A DNA stretch of 27,997 nucleotides from Gemmatimonadota bacterium (lineage in GTDB: Bacteria; Latescibacterota; UBA2968; UBA8231): positions 45,913-73,909 of the forward strand of contig JAYOYH010000021.1 of the NCBI GenBank assembly GCA_038153405.1, written 5' to 3'. Shown here piece by piece: positions 1 through 8,080 of this stretch; positions within the stretch are counted from its first letter, which is position 1; the number at the start of each line of letters is the position of its first letter. The notes under the pieces are model-generated. The model was not told the DNA's origin, made no database searches, and was given only the letters and a program-made list of their open reading frames with translations. The translations under genes and the position numbers were made by a program.

Positions 1-1
1 G

Positions 2-988
2 CGCTGGCGCATTATTGCCACTGTGGTTCTCTTGGCTCAGCCGCTTTACGCGACGTCGCAGCAGGCGCGTCTGCTGGCCGCTGGCGACACGCGCGAGCAC
101 GCTAGGCAGTGGATCGAAAAACACATCGCGCCCGGCGAGGCGATTGCCAACTTTGGCGGCTGGGCCGGCGACGTACCGGTGCAAACCTACGAAAATCTGT
201 GGTGGCGCCTTTTGCACTACGAGCGCGTTTTTGATCGCACTTCTCTTGCGCACAGCCTCGACTTTCTCGTCGCGCGTGGTCTGCCCGCGCCTCACTATAG
301 CTATACCCTGCAGCGTAGCAATATGGACGCGCAGCACGGCCGCATGTCAGAGGTTGAGCAGCGACATACGGGCTGGATCGTTCTGCATCGCCATGCTCTG
401 TCTTATTCGCAGATCGATTCGTCTTTTGCCGGTGTATTGACGACGCGGGCCGAGCGCTTGGCGGAGTTTGGCAATGGAGCAACGGATAATGCGATCTACG
501 ATCCACTGGATGCCTTTTATGTGCCCCTGGCCGGAGGCGGAGCGCTGGAATGGCCGGGTCCACAGATAGAGGTCTGGCGCTTGCGCGCCTATGATGGTCG
601 TGTACTGGCCGAACAAACAGTGCTCGGTGCTTTTGCTCAAGCCTATGTGCGCGGAGCAATTGAAGCGCTGGACAAGGGAGATCGGAACCGGGTAAGTGAG
701 TTGACGCAGGTTGCGCTCGATCTCGATCCGCGCTGTGCAGAGGCGCATTACGTGCGCGCCGTTGAGCGGCATATGGCGGGTGATTTGGACGGGGCCGCAG
801 TCGAATATGAAAAACAGTTGGCGATAGCAGAGGATGCAGCTGCGCGGATGAATATGGCGCTTATTTACAAGGGGAGAGGCGATGTAGAGAGCGAGCGGCG
901 CGCGTTGGAGCGCGCTGCGTTGGCCGCCCCATGGCTCGAAGAGCCGCGCCGCCGCTTGCGGCTTTTCGAGCGCCGGCATCTTCGCTAG
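2..988 (+). CDS. 5'-truncated membrane glycosyltransferase-like (ArnT/GT39-like, GT-C) protein: C-terminal extracytoplasmic domain plus TPR repeats
   Basis: The frame is open from base 2 (RWRIIATVVLLAQPLY..., tail of a hydrophobic helix), so the real start lies upstream of the window. 'DTREHARQWIEKHIAPG' and 'YDPLDAFYVP...WPGPQIEVW' resemble the soluble domain that follows the last TM helix in ArnT/GT39-like proteins. The C-terminus has TPR-like helices (ALDLDPRCAEAHY, AARMNMALIY, ALERAALAAP). Confidence 0.55.
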   Translation, partial: RWRIIATVVLLAQPLYATSQQARLLAAGDTREHARQWIEKHIAPGEAIANFGGWAGDVPVQTYENLWWRLLHYERVFDRTSLAHSLDFLVARGLPAPHYSYTLQRSNMDAQHGRMSEVEQRHTGWIVLHRHALSYSQIDSSFAGVLTTRAERLAEFGNGATDNAIYDPLDAFYVPLAGGGALEWPGPQIEVWRLRAYDGRVLAEQTVLGAFAQAYVRGAIEALDKGDRNRVSELTQVALDLDPRCAEAHYVRAVERHMAGDLDGAAVEYEKQLAIAEDAAARMNMALIYKGRGDVESERRALERAALAAPWLEEPRRRLRLFERRHLR

Positions 989-1081
989 CGCGACGATCTA
1001 TAAGTTGGAGTTGAACTGGCTGCGCCATACGTGTGACAAAGGCGTCCTGCGGGTCGTCGTGCACATAGGCAATGATGCTGC

Positions 1082-3100
1082 TTATACTCCGCTTTCCTTC
1101 GCGCCAGATGCACGGCAGCGCGCTACAACGGCGCCCAGGTGTTCGACCGAGCAGAGCACGACGATATCGTCGCCGCCGCGCAGCTCAAAATCGCCGCCGG
1201 GATTGGGCCATAGTTGAGCGGTGCGGCGCACGGCAAGGACGGCGGCGCCGTTGCGGCGACGCAGGTCGGACTGCGCCAGCGTGCACCCATCGAGTTCTGC
1301 GCCGACGTCCACGTGCAGCGTGACTAGTTCGACGTCGCCCAGTTGGCGGCGCAGGGACGGTGCGGCACCTTGGCCGTCGACGCGAAAAAGGCCGTAGCCA
1401 TCAGAGCGCACTTCGGCAGCGAATTGCTCAATTTCCTCGCGTGCGACCAAGTAGCGGCGCAGCACGCGCGCAATAATTTCGACGGAAGTTTCAAATTCTT
1501 CCGGTATGACTTCGTCGGCGCCGAGCGCGTATAGGGCCTCTACTTCACCGACAAAACGCGTGCGTGCGACAATGTGTAGTGCCGGGTTGATGCTGCGTGC
1601 CCGCGCGATGACTCGGCGGACGGTCGCCAAGTCGGGAATGGTCACCACTAGCGCGCGCGCTCGCTCGGCGCCAGCATAGCGCAGGACGTCTTCGCTGGAT
1701 GCGTCGCCGTAAAAAATGGGCTCTTTTTTCGCTCGCTCGCGCCGCACGGTCTCCGGATTGGTTTCAGTGATTACGTATTCGATCGACGCACAGCGAGCGG
1801 CGCGCGCTACGTTGCGCCCATTGATGCCAAAACCGGCGATGATCACGTGGTCGTTGACGTCGTTCGGACGATCGCGCTCGCGGTTTTCTAGGCCGAGTCG
1901 GTCGGCAAAAAGCCCTAGTTTGAGGACTGCGGGCAGCGGCCATGCGGCCACGCGCTGGCCAGCCCAGTGACCAGCGCGCATGAGAAACGGAGTGTAGACC
2001 ATCGTCAGCACGGAAATGGCCAAAAAGAGCGCGTAGTGCTGCTGGTTGAGCAGGCCGGTGTCTACGCCAACCCGCGATAGTACAAAAGAGAACTCGCCCA
2101 CCTGCGCCAACCCTAGTCCGGTGACGAGCGCCGTGTGCAGAGGGTAGCCCAAGACGAGCGCGACCAAGGCGACAATGCCGGCTTTGACCAAGAGCACGAT
2201 TAGTGCGCCGCCGAAAACCGCGCCAGCCTGTTCGGTGATGACGCTCACGTCGAGTAGCATGCCGACGGAAACGAAAAAAAAGCTGGTAAATACATCGCGA
2301 AAAGGCAGAATGTTTTCGAGCGTTTGGTGGCTGTACTCCGACTCGGAAATAATCAGTCCGGCCATAAAGGCGCCCAGTGCCAAAGACAGGCCTAGCGCGG
2401 CCGTTAACCAGGCTACGGCAAAGCATAGCACGCTGGTGCTAATGAGAAAGAGCTCACGACTGCCGGCGCGCGCTATGTAAAAAAATATTTTTGGCACGAC
2501 CCACTTAGAAGCGACGACGATAAGTGCGACAACGCCCAATGCCTTGAGGGCCAGTTCCAGCAGTTGCGAAAGCGGATCGCCGCTCGCTCCGGCCAAAATA
2601 GGTGCGAAGAGCATGAGCGGCACGATGGCAATATCCTGAAAAATAAGTATGGCCAGCGACAGGCGGCCGTGCGAGGTGTTGATTGTGCCCGTCTCTTGGT
2701 ACAGGCGCATAACGATTGCCGTGCTGCTGAGAGATACTAGAAAGCCCGCAAATACCGCCGGTCCGGCTGCAAGACCAAACTGGGTCACGAGCAGATACGT
2801 CGCGGCAATGGTCAGGCCCACCTGCAGCGCGCCGCCAAACAGCACTTGGCGCTTGATGCGCAGGAGTTCGTCGACGGAAAATTCAATGCCGATAGTGAAA
2901 AGCAGCAGCACGATGCCGACTTCGGCGAGAATTTCCACTTCGTGCACGGCTCCGACCAGTCCAAATCCATGCGGGCCGGTCAGCGCACCGGTGAATAAAA
3001 AACCGATGATGGCCGGCAGCTGTAGCCGGTGGAATAGCAGCAGCACTGCGACGGCTACGGCAAAAATAACTACGATGTCATTGAGCAGTTTTATTTCCAT
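1082..3100 (-). CDS. CPA2-family cation:proton antiporter (Kef-type K+ efflux) with TrkA-N (RCK_N) and TrkA-C domains
   Basis: Start reassigned to ATG 3100 (MEIKLLNDIV); the longer ORF overlaps the divergent Nudix gene. About 12-13 TM helices with CPA2 motifs (LAEVGIVLLLFTIGIEFS, SLSSTAIV, ILIFQD, LGAFMAGL, LAQVGEFSFVL), a Rossmann RCK 'HVIIAGFGINGRNVA...FYGDAS' and a C-terminal TrkA-C 'VLAVRR...PNPGGDFELRGGD'. Confidence 0.93.
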   Translation of the reverse strand: MEIKLLNDIVVIFAVAVAVLLLFHRLQLPAIIGFLFTGALTGPHGFGLVGAVHEVEILAEVGIVLLLFTIGIEFSVDELLRIKRQVLFGGALQVGLTIAATYLLVTQFGLAAGPAVFAGFLVSLSSTAIVMRLYQETGTINTSHGRLSLAILIFQDIAIVPLMLFAPILAGASGDPLSQLLELALKALGVVALIVVASKWVVPKIFFYIARAGSRELFLISTSVLCFAVAWLTAALGLSLALGAFMAGLIISESEYSHQTLENILPFRDVFTSFFFVSVGMLLDVSVITEQAGAVFGGALIVLLVKAGIVALVALVLGYPLHTALVTGLGLAQVGEFSFVLSRVGVDTGLLNQQHYALFLAISVLTMVYTPFLMRAGHWAGQRVAAWPLPAVLKLGLFADRLGLENRERDRPNDVNDHVIIAGFGINGRNVARAARCASIEYVITETNPETVRRERAKKEPIFYGDASSEDVLRYAGAERARALVVTIPDLATVRRVIARARSINPALHIVARTRFVGEVEALYALGADEVIPEEFETSVEIIARVLRRYLVAREEIEQFAAEVRSDGYGLFRVDGQGAAPSLRRQLGDVELVTLHVDVGAELDGCTLAQSDLRRRNGAAVLAVRRTAQLWPNPGGDFELRGGDDIVVLCSVEHLGAVVARCRASGAKESGV

Positions 3101-3201
3101 TGCGTCGCTGTTCAGCGCGTGCTTGACACTGCACGTCGTCTTTGCTTTGCTATCGGCTCGCATCGAGCCGTTAATAATTTTAAAAGAGATGAACAAAATA
3201 T

Positions 3202-3978
3202 ATGGAACTTCTCGCCCATACGACGAACCCATTTGGCGGCGTTTTGACCCAGACCGACGAACTGCCCAATGAACCTGAGGCATTCCGCGTCCGGCTGCAA
3301 TACTCGATCGATACGTGGCGCACCGAGGGATACCGCGTGGTATGGGTCGAACTCCCCATCGCACTCGCCGCATTTGTACCAGTGGCGGCTGCCGCGGGCT
3401 TTACCTATCACCACAGCGGCGAAACCTATGTGATGATGACGCTGCGCTTGCAGGAGGACGCCTTTATCCCCGCGCACGCCTCGCATTATATCGGTGCAGG
3501 TGGCGTCGTCATTAGCGAGGATCAAGAACTGCTGGTCGTCAGCGAAAAATACCACAGCCAGCGATCCGGGCCGCCCCGCTACAAGCTGCCCGGTGGAGCG
3601 CTGCACGAGGGAGAGCACCTAGCCGAGGCCGTCGTGCGCGAAGTGCTCGAAGAAACGGGCGTGCACGCCCATTTTGAGGCGCTAGTCTGCTTTCGCCATT
3701 GGCACGGGTACCGCTACGGCAAATCCGATATCTACTTCGTCTGTCGCCTGAGTCCGCTGAGCAAGGCCATTACCATTCAAGAAGACGAAATTGCCGAGTG
3801 CTTGTGGATGCCCGTCGGAGCCTATTTCAACGCCGAGGGCGTTAGCGCTTTTAACAAGCGCATAGTCAAGACGGCGATGAGCAGCCCCGGTGTGACGCCC
3901 GTCGAAATCGAGGGGTACGCCGAGCCGGAACGCTACGAGTTTTTTATGCCACTTGACTTAGAAATGAGCGAGGACTAG
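3202..3978 (+). CDS. Nudix hydrolase, NUDT6/plant NUDX2-like subfamily with N-terminal pre-Nudix domain
   Basis: Canonical Nudix box GGALHEGEHLAEAVVREVLEETGV. The N-terminal segment 'NPFGGV...WRTEGYRVVWVELP...AGFTYHH...YVMMT...IPAHASHYIGAGG' and downstream 'KSDIYFVCRL' match the NUDT6-type architecture. Confidence 0.9.
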   Translation: MELLAHTTNPFGGVLTQTDELPNEPEAFRVRLQYSIDTWRTEGYRVVWVELPIALAAFVPVAAAAGFTYHHSGETYVMMTLRLQEDAFIPAHASHYIGAGGVVISEDQELLVVSEKYHSQRSGPPRYKLPGGALHEGEHLAEAVVREVLEETGVHAHFEALVCFRHWHGYRYGKSDIYFVCRLSPLSKAITIQEDEIAECLWMPVGAYFNAEGVSAFNKRIVKTAMSSPGVTPVEIEGYAEPERYEFFMPLDLEMSED

Positions 3979-3982
3979 TTCG

Positions 3983-5398
3983 GTGGTCAAACCCAATATA
4001 CTGCTCTTGATGACCGACCAGCAGCGCGCCGACGCGCTAGGCTGCAGCGGCGGGTGGTTGGAGACGCCCCATTTAGATCGCATTGCGGCCGGCGGCGTGC
4101 GCTTTGTAAACTGCGTTACGAATTCTCCCGTGTGTGTGCCTGCGCGCCTGAGCTTGGCAACGGGGCTCTATCCACACAACACCGGCGTGTGGAACAACCA
4201 GACGAGTCAACCCAGCAGCGAGCAGCCCACTTGGATGCAGCGCGTGCGCGATGCGGGCTATAGAACGAGCCTATTTGGTAAGACGCATTTGCATCCGCAC
4301 AGCGGCGATCTGCGCGATCGCGAGTATTTGATGAAGACCTATGGTCTCGATGACGTGGACGAGATCGGCGGACCGCGCGCGAGTATGCGCGTGCTTTCGC
4401 ATATGACGGCGTGGTGGCGCGACGAAGGCGTATGGGAGCGGTATAAGGCCGATTTCGACGAACGCTTTGATCAGAAGCCGCATATGGAGCGGCCTTCGCC
4501 GTTGGGCATGGCGCACTATGCCGACGTTTACGTCGGCCAGCGCGCCAAACAGTATATCGAGAACTACGATCTCAACCAGCCATGGTGCTGCTGGGTTAGC
4601 TTTGGTGGACCCCATGAGCCGTGGGATGCGCCCGAACCCTTTGCCAGCATGTACGATCGGCAGCGCATGCCCGCGCCGCGCGCCGCGCCGACTCGCGCCG
4701 CTTTGAGGCCCAGCGGTCACCTCGATGCGCTGCTGGAGAGCGATCGCGTGCTAACGGCGGAAGACATTGCCGCCATGCGCGCCAATTACGCCGGTAATAT
4801 AAGTCTGATCGATGCGCAGATCGGTGAAATTCTCGAAGCGATTGAGCGGCGCGACGAGCTCGATAACACCATTATCGCGTTCGTCTCTGACCACGGCGAG
4901 ATGAACGGCGATGCGAACCTCATCTATAAATCGAACTTTCTCGACGGCGCCGTGCGCGTGCCGCTGCTAGTGCGCGCTCCAGGCATGGCCCAAGGCGCTG
5001 TTTGCACGTCGCCGGTCGAGTGGTTTGACGTCGGTCCGACGCTGGTGGAACTGGCGGGTGGGGAGGTGGACTACCCACAGTTTGCCCGTTCGCTCTGTCC
5101 CGTTCTGAGCGATCCGCAGAGGGCGCACCGCAGCGAGGCTATTTCCGAGTTGAACGGAGAAGTCATGCTGCTCGACGAGGCGTGGAAGGTCGCTCTCAAC
5201 GTCGAGGGACAGGTCTATATGCTATTCGACGTGCAGAGCGATCCACAAGAGCGCGAGAATTTAGCCGGCCGACCGGATATGCGCGCGGTTGAAGATGCGC
5301 TGCGCCTGCGGATTCTCGAGCGTCTGGTGCAAACGCAACTGCGGGGAGCCGGCTATGCGTTTGACCTGCACGGCAAGATGCGACTCACCCATCGCTAA
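3983..5398 (+). CDS. Cys-type (formylglycine-dependent) sulfatase, family S1, choline-sulfatase-like
   Basis: PNILLLMTDQQR, CVPAR (CxPxR) then LATG, GKTHL, GPHEPW, SDHGE, VRVPLL, DPQERENLA. No signal peptide. GTG start 4 bp after the Nudix stop. Confidence 0.93.
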   Translation: MVKPNILLLMTDQQRADALGCSGGWLETPHLDRIAAGGVRFVNCVTNSPVCVPARLSLATGLYPHNTGVWNNQTSQPSSEQPTWMQRVRDAGYRTSLFGKTHLHPHSGDLRDREYLMKTYGLDDVDEIGGPRASMRVLSHMTAWWRDEGVWERYKADFDERFDQKPHMERPSPLGMAHYADVYVGQRAKQYIENYDLNQPWCCWVSFGGPHEPWDAPEPFASMYDRQRMPAPRAAPTRAALRPSGHLDALLESDRVLTAEDIAAMRANYAGNISLIDAQIGEILEAIERRDELDNTIIAFVSDHGEMNGDANLIYKSNFLDGAVRVPLLVRAPGMAQGAVCTSPVEWFDVGPTLVELAGGEVDYPQFARSLCPVLSDPQRAHRSEAISELNGEVMLLDEAWKVALNVEGQVYMLFDVQSDPQERENLAGRPDMRAVEDALRLRILERLVQTQLRGAGYAFDLHGKMRLTHR

Positions 5399-5402
5399 TC
5401 GA

Positions 5403-7016
5403 ATGACCTCGTTAAGATATTCCCACTACACATACTTGGGCGCTGTCATAGTGTGTGTGCTTGCGCTAGTGCCCTACCTGAATATTTTGGCCAACGGCTT
5501 TGCGTTGGACAGCGTCGTACTGGTCGAGCGCAGCGTTGCCATTCAGAGGGCCGATTGGTTTTTTCTGCTAACGTCTGATTATTGGGCGACCTACGACGGT
5601 CGCAGTTCGAGCCTCTATCGTCCGCTCACGTCCGTTTGCTTTGCCATTCAACATGCCATAGGCGCTGGGGCGCCGTCGTTTTTCCACGGTACCAGTTTAC
5701 TACTGCATGGAGTGGTTTCACTCGGCACATGGTTTTTGCTTCGTCGGTTGGCTAACTTGCCTGCCGCTTTCATCGGCGCAGCTCTTTTTGCCGTTCATCC
5801 TGTGCATACCGAAGTTGTCGCTTCGATTGTGGGACAGGCGGATCTATGGGCAGCGCTTTTTGTCATCTTGGGGTTGGTGTGTGCGATTGATGCCGGCCAA
5901 AAGGGACGAACGGGTTGGAATGTGGTTTCGGCCTTGTGCTTTGCCCTGGCACTCTTTAGCAAAGAGTCCGCTATCGTCTTCCTGCCCATGTTAGGAGCCG
6001 TCGACTGGTACCAGTATAGGACGGGCAATAGTCACTGTTTTTCTCCTCGCACCTATATCCTCTGTGTACTCGTGCTGGCAGCATATGGCGCAATTCGCTA
6101 CGAGATACTTGGTGGCTGGCAAGTTGGCTACATCGACCCGCTAGACAACGCGTTAGTAGATTTACCCACGCTCGACCGCGTGGCCAACGCTGCTGTTATT
6201 GCGTGGTTTTACCTCGGATTGCTCGTTCTGCCGTACAAGCTCAGTGCCGATTATTCTTACAACGCCTTATCTATCGCAACTCTGTTGCCAGGCGGGCTGT
6301 CTGCTCTACTACTCTTTTTTGCGGCCGTTGTTTTTCTACTGTGGCGTTACTACAGAGCGCCTAGCCTGTGTTTGCTCGGCGCCTTGTGGATGTTGGTGGC
6401 CTTCGTTCCTATTGCAAATGTGTTTTTTTCTATAGGGACGATGGCCGCCGAGCGCTTGCTCTATTTACCATCACTAGGTTTTTGCGCGTTTGTAGGAGTT
6501 GCCACAGCGCGTTTATGGCACCGAGCCGATCGCCGTCTTTTTTTCGCTATTGCGGTATGCTCGGTTTTTTTTCTGTCGGGTCGCACGTGGGTGCGTAACG
6601 GCGAGTGGCGCAGTAACGAGACGCTGTTGGGGGCAGCCGTGCGCGACTATCCTCAGAGTGCCAAAGCGCAAGCGGGGTTTGGTGAAGCCCTGCTGAAGAG
6701 AGGAGACGCGATCGGTGCACTGGATGCGCTGGGGCGCGCGGTGGAAATATATCCAAGCTATGATGACGCATACTTCTTTATAGGTTTGGCCTATATGGAG
6801 CTACACCAATGGGACAATGCGCGCGCTGCATTTGCGCAAACAGAGTCCGTCAACGCGCTCCACCATCGCGCCGTTGTCAATCAGGGAGTGGCGCTGTGGG
6901 AACTGGGTCGTAGAGAAGAAGCGGTTGCAGCCTACCGGCGTGCGCTCGAAATTGCACCTGGGTATGAACTTGCACTACAGAACTTAAAACGGGCCGCAGA
7001 AGCGAGCGAACCTTAG
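5403..7016 (+). CDS. TMTC-like GT-C membrane glycosyltransferase (putative protein O-mannosyltransferase, DUF1736) with C-terminal TPRs
   Basis: Start reassigned to ATG 5403, 4 bp after the sulfatase stop. TMTC motifs: LYRPLT, ALFAVHPVHTEVVASIVG, FSKE, LSADYS, AERLLYLPS, RNGEW. About 11 TM helices followed by 3-4 TPRs. Confidence 0.85.
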   Translation: MTSLRYSHYTYLGAVIVCVLALVPYLNILANGFALDSVVLVERSVAIQRADWFFLLTSDYWATYDGRSSSLYRPLTSVCFAIQHAIGAGAPSFFHGTSLLLHGVVSLGTWFLLRRLANLPAAFIGAALFAVHPVHTEVVASIVGQADLWAALFVILGLVCAIDAGQKGRTGWNVVSALCFALALFSKESAIVFLPMLGAVDWYQYRTGNSHCFSPRTYILCVLVLAAYGAIRYEILGGWQVGYIDPLDNALVDLPTLDRVANAAVIAWFYLGLLVLPYKLSADYSYNALSIATLLPGGLSALLLFFAAVVFLLWRYYRAPSLCLLGALWMLVAFVPIANVFFSIGTMAAERLLYLPSLGFCAFVGVATARLWHRADRRLFFAIAVCSVFFLSGRTWVRNGEWRSNETLLGAAVRDYPQSAKAQAGFGEALLKRGDAIGALDALGRAVEIYPSYDDAYFFIGLAYMELHQWDNARAAFAQTESVNALHHRAVVNQGVALWELGRREEAVAAYRRALEIAPGYELALQNLKRAAEASEP

Positions 7017-7033
7017 CTAATCGCATAGTCGCA

Positions 7034-7054
7034 ATAGGCCTGAAACAGGCCTAT
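7034..7054. terminator. Hairpin between convergent genes, possible terminator
   Basis: ATAGGCCTG-AAA-CAGGCCTAT, a perfect 9-bp stem in the 58-bp gap between stops at 7016 and 7075. No strong U-tract. Confidence 0.55.
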
Positions 7055-7074
7055 GCGCTTTAGAGAGAAGTCTT

Positions 7075-8070
7075 TTAATCGGTTCGCAGCCCCAGTTTCT
7101 CTAGCACTTCCGTATTGACGACGTATTCCGGCACTCGGCCCTGCAGCACGTCGACGATTGACTGAGCTGCCCAGATCGACATGCGCTCGCGCGCCGCATT
7201 GGTTTTTGAGCCCGAGTGCGGCAGCGCTAGCACGGTGGGCAGGCGCACTAGCTGTAGCGAGGTGTCCGTTGGGGGTTCGGTTGCCTGACAGTCGAGTCCG
7301 GCGCCCTGCAAGTGCCCGCTTTGCAGCGCTGTGATCAGCGCCTCTTCGTCGACTAGCCCTCCGCGTGCTGTATTGATGAGATAGCTGCCGGGCTTCATCG
7401 CCGCTAGAAACTCGGCGTCGATCATGTTTCTGTTGGCGTCGGTCATTGGCGTATGCAGCGTAATGGCATCGGCTTCCCTCAGCAGGGTCGCCCGATCGAC
7501 TGCTTCGGCCCCCATCGCTGCGATCGCCGCTGCATCCACCCACGGGTCGTGCACCAGCACGCGCATGCGGAAGCCCTCCGCGCGCCGCACCACTTCGGCG
7601 CCAATGCGACCGCAGCCGACTAGCCCCAGCGTCATCGCCGATAGGTCCTCGCCAATGGGCACGTCGTACTCGTCGCCGGTCTTGACGTTGCGATCGCCGG
7701 CAATGAGTTGGCGCGTCATCCCCAAGAGCAGGGCAAATACTTGGTCGGCCACCGCATCGCTCATAGCTCCGGGCGTATACGTCACGACGATGCCGCGCTG
7801 GGTGCAGTAGTCTAGGTCAACTTTGTCGTAGCCAACGCCGTTGCGCGCAATGACCTTCAGCGATTGGTTGCCGTCTAGCGTGCTGGCATTCAGGTTTTCC
7901 GAGCCGGCCAACAGTCCATCGATGCCGGCGATCTTTTCGCGCGTATCCTCGTCGGGCCAGCCGGGCAGGGGCCGCTGCACGATTACCTGTAAGCCCGCTT
8001 CCTCCATGATATCGCGTGCCGGTGAGCGTCCCTTGAACTCGATGTTTACGCTGGACAGTACTTTGGCCAT
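7075..8070 (-). CDS. D-isomer-specific 2-hydroxyacid dehydrogenase (phosphoglycerate dehydrogenase-like, no ACT domain)
   Basis: Start at ATG 8070 with GAGGA RBS. Motifs ARNGVGYDKVD, NAD-binding GLVGCGRIG, LHTP, LINTARGGLVDE, EPP, catalytic LPHSGS. Confidence 0.92.
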   Translation of the reverse strand: MAKVLSSVNIEFKGRSPARDIMEEAGLQVIVQRPLPGWPDEDTREKIAGIDGLLAGSENLNASTLDGNQSLKVIARNGVGYDKVDLDYCTQRGIVVTYTPGAMSDAVADQVFALLLGMTRQLIAGDRNVKTGDEYDVPIGEDLSAMTLGLVGCGRIGAEVVRRAEGFRMRVLVHDPWVDAAAIAAMGAEAVDRATLLREADAITLHTPMTDANRNMIDAEFLAAMKPGSYLINTARGGLVDEEALITALQSGHLQGAGLDCQATEPPTDTSLQLVRLPTVLALPHSGSKTNAARERMSIWAAQSIVDVLQGRVPEYVVNTEVLEKLGLRTD

Positions 8071-8080
8071 GGTGTAATCC

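Noticed and set aside
3101..3373. 91-aa N-terminal extension of the Kef ORF
   Set aside because: It overlaps the divergent Nudix gene and promoter region and is not protein-like; the CPA2 domain begins at ATG 3100.
5289..5402. Upstream extension of the TMTC ORF
   Set aside because: It overlaps the sulfatase 3' end; ATG 5403 just after the sulfatase stop precedes the first TM helix.
7075..8070. Calling the dehydrogenase serA
   Set aside because: It has no ACT/ASB regulatory domain and sits in a catabolic context; the substrate cannot be assigned.
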